A DNA stretch of 64,000 bases from a virus (taxonomy: Duplodnaviria; Heunggongvirae; Uroviricota; Caudoviricetes): positions 64,001-128,000 of the IMG/VR virus record IMGVR_UViG_3300045996_000852. One strand, written 5' to 3'. The notes beneath the pieces were generated by a model. The model was not told the DNA's origin, made no database searches, and was given only the letters and a program-made list of their open reading frames with translations. Below, one piece after another: positions 62,331-64,000 of this stretch. The position numbers were made by a program, and so were the translations under genes. The first letter of the stretch is position 1. Each line of letters begins with the position of its first letter.

Positions 62331-62418
62331 AGAGTTAATTTTAAAAAGTCAGCATAGGCTTTTACAAACAGTATAACCACATATTGTTAATAAATAATTA
62401 CCTATGCTGACTTATTGA

Positions 62419-63984
62419 TTAAGGAAATGATTCACTGTGACTACAATGATTACATACATACTTCTGAGTTCCTTGAGGAGATACAAAACCTTCAGGTATC
62501 ATTTCACCCTCTGAACAATCAGGACATGGAAATTCTCTTTCATCCACTTTAGGATATAGTTTATTCCATGCATCAAGTACAGGTTTGTGAGCACCCTTCA
62601 GAACTTTAAACCAGTTATCCTTGTTTAATGTTCCTCTGTCTTGTAGTTCCAGAGCATGATTGATTATTTCTCCCATATGTGTTCCCGGCTCAATACCTAT
62701 TTCCATAAGTTTCTTACCAGTTACAATAGGTTGCATATCACCATTTTCCATGAGTTTCATAGCATGAACAACATACATTATCCTTGCTACATCCACAAAA
62801 CTAGGTGCAGGTTTAGGTGGTCTACCTGCTAAATCACAACGTACAACCTCGATGAGTTCGGTATATAATATACCATAATGCATCAATTCTCTCAGAGTCC
62901 TACGAACAATTTTGTCATAGTTCTTAGGAGTAATTGATTTATTTCTCATATGTAATCTTACTAAACAGGCAATCTTCCTGATTGTAGCATGATTATCAAA
63001 TGATATACGTTGTAATAAATTACGGGTGAGTTCTACACCTGTTTCTTCATGACCAGCAGATGATATTTTACTATCCTTATCCTTATGAGATACTACATCA
63101 TCATATATCAGGTCTTTCCAGTTCTGACCACCAATTGTAGTGGATACAGCTTTGCCTAAATCATGACAAAGCATTACTGCTCTTGTGAATGGGTCATTTG
63201 CTGCATCCATACATAACATTGTATGAGTGTAAGCATCACCTTCTGGATGATATTCTCTTGGTTGAGGTACTCCAATTAAGTCATTTAACTCTTTGAAATG
63301 ATGTCCCAACCAATTTATCTTCTTGAGGAAGTTAAAGAACTTAGAAGGCTTGTTTGATTGTTCAAACAGTTTCCTTAGTTCCATACCAACTCTCTCATTA
63401 GATATATCATCTGGTTTTAATATTTCACACATTTGAACCAATTCCTCAGATGCAGTAAGATCAAAACGTGCAATGAATCTTGCAGCACGATATACCCGGA
63501 GTGTATCTTCAGCAAAAGCTACAGATGTAGGATGAGCAAGTCCCATAATAATATGTCGTATACCATTAAAAGGGTCTATCATTTCATCTGTAAGGACATT
63601 CTTTGCTATAGCATTGATGGTCAAGTCTCTACGTCTTAAATCCTCAGTAATGGTAACATTGTTTACCTCACATTCAAATTCAGTACGTGTCTGACCTGAT
63701 TTCTTCTCAGTACGAGCCATAGCAAATTCATACTTCTTACCATCTACTTCTACAATCCAGATAGGAAATGAACCAAATACTGTAGTTACACCATTAATGT
63801 ATCCATTGGTTTTCATTATTTCCAGAAGTTTACCAACATTCTGTGCAGTATTACCACCAACAATACAAATATCAATGTCTTCAGGCTCATTACCCATTAC
63901 CCAATCACGTACACAACCACCAACATAATAGAGTTGTATACCATGACCTGATAACCATTGAGCTAATTTTATGATCTTCTCCAT
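62419..63984 (-). CDS. cca: CCA-adding enzyme / tRNA nucleotidyltransferase with HD domain and C-terminal Zn ribbon
   Basis: VGGCVRD...DIDI, DLRRRDLTINA, EDTLRVYRAARF, HPEGDAYTH, HDLGK; CPDC...CNHC. Confidence 0.88.
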   Translation of the reverse strand: MEKIIKLAQWLSGHGIQLYYVGGCVRDWVMGNEPEDIDICIVGGNTAQNVGKLLEIMKTNGYINGVTTVFGSFPIWIVEVDGKKYEFAMARTEKKSGQTRTEFECEVNNVTITEDLRRRDLTINAIAKNVLTDEMIDPFNGIRHIIMGLAHPTSVAFAEDTLRVYRAARFIARFDLTASEELVQMCEILKPDDISNERVGMELRKLFEQSNKPSKFFNFLKKINWLGHHFKELNDLIGVPQPREYHPEGDAYTHTMLCMDAANDPFTRAVMLCHDLGKAVSTTIGGQNWKDLIYDDVVSHKDKDSKISSAGHEETGVELTRNLLQRISFDNHATIRKIACLVRLHMRNKSITPKNYDKIVRRTLRELMHYGILYTELIEVVRCDLAGRPPKPAPSFVDVARIMYVVHAMKLMENGDMQPIVTGKKLMEIGIEPGTHMGEIINHALELQDRGTLNKDNWFKVLKGAHKPVLDAWNKLYPKVDEREFPCPDCSEGEMIPEGFVSPQGTQKYVCNHCSHSESFP

Positions 63985-64000
63985 TATTGCAGGATTTTGG

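Noticed and set aside
1-64000. Stop-codon recoding as seen in some crAss-like phages
   Set aside because: Long conserved genes (PolB, helicases, rIIA, CCA enzyme) are intact in code 11, with no fragmentation.
1-64000. CRISPR array, integrase, transposon, intron or intein
   Set aside because: No regularly spaced repeats were seen, and core genes have normal lengths without obvious insertions.

Overview
The window is a 64-kb slice of a large, AT-rich dsDNA phage genome, most likely infecting Bacteroidota (several TAnnTTTG/-33 TTTG promoters) and resembling crAss-like phages in its replication genes. Essentially all real genes are on the minus strand and read in standard code 11. It holds a replication/recombination block (PolB, DnaB-like helicase, SF2 helicase, TOPRIM primase, AEP-like protein, SSB, Sak4-like ATPase, RecE-like nuclease, RNase HI, two UDG-fold proteins) and rIIA/rIIB split by a MoxR-AAA/vWA-peptidase insert. 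The rest is largely small hypothetical genes plus a host-takeover region. The strongest novelties are: (1) a tmRNA with an apparent 54-residue tag ending in EEELELV, flanked by unexplained structured RNAs, a bL12-like gene and, 11 kb away, a CCA-adding enzyme; (2) a TerY-P-type vWA/kinase/PP2C triad interleaved with a nicotinamidase; (3) a Rieske-motif protein; (4) apparent CCWGG avoidance. No structural genes, tRNAs or CRISPR arrays were seen. All family calls come from recognising motifs by eye; no searches were run.
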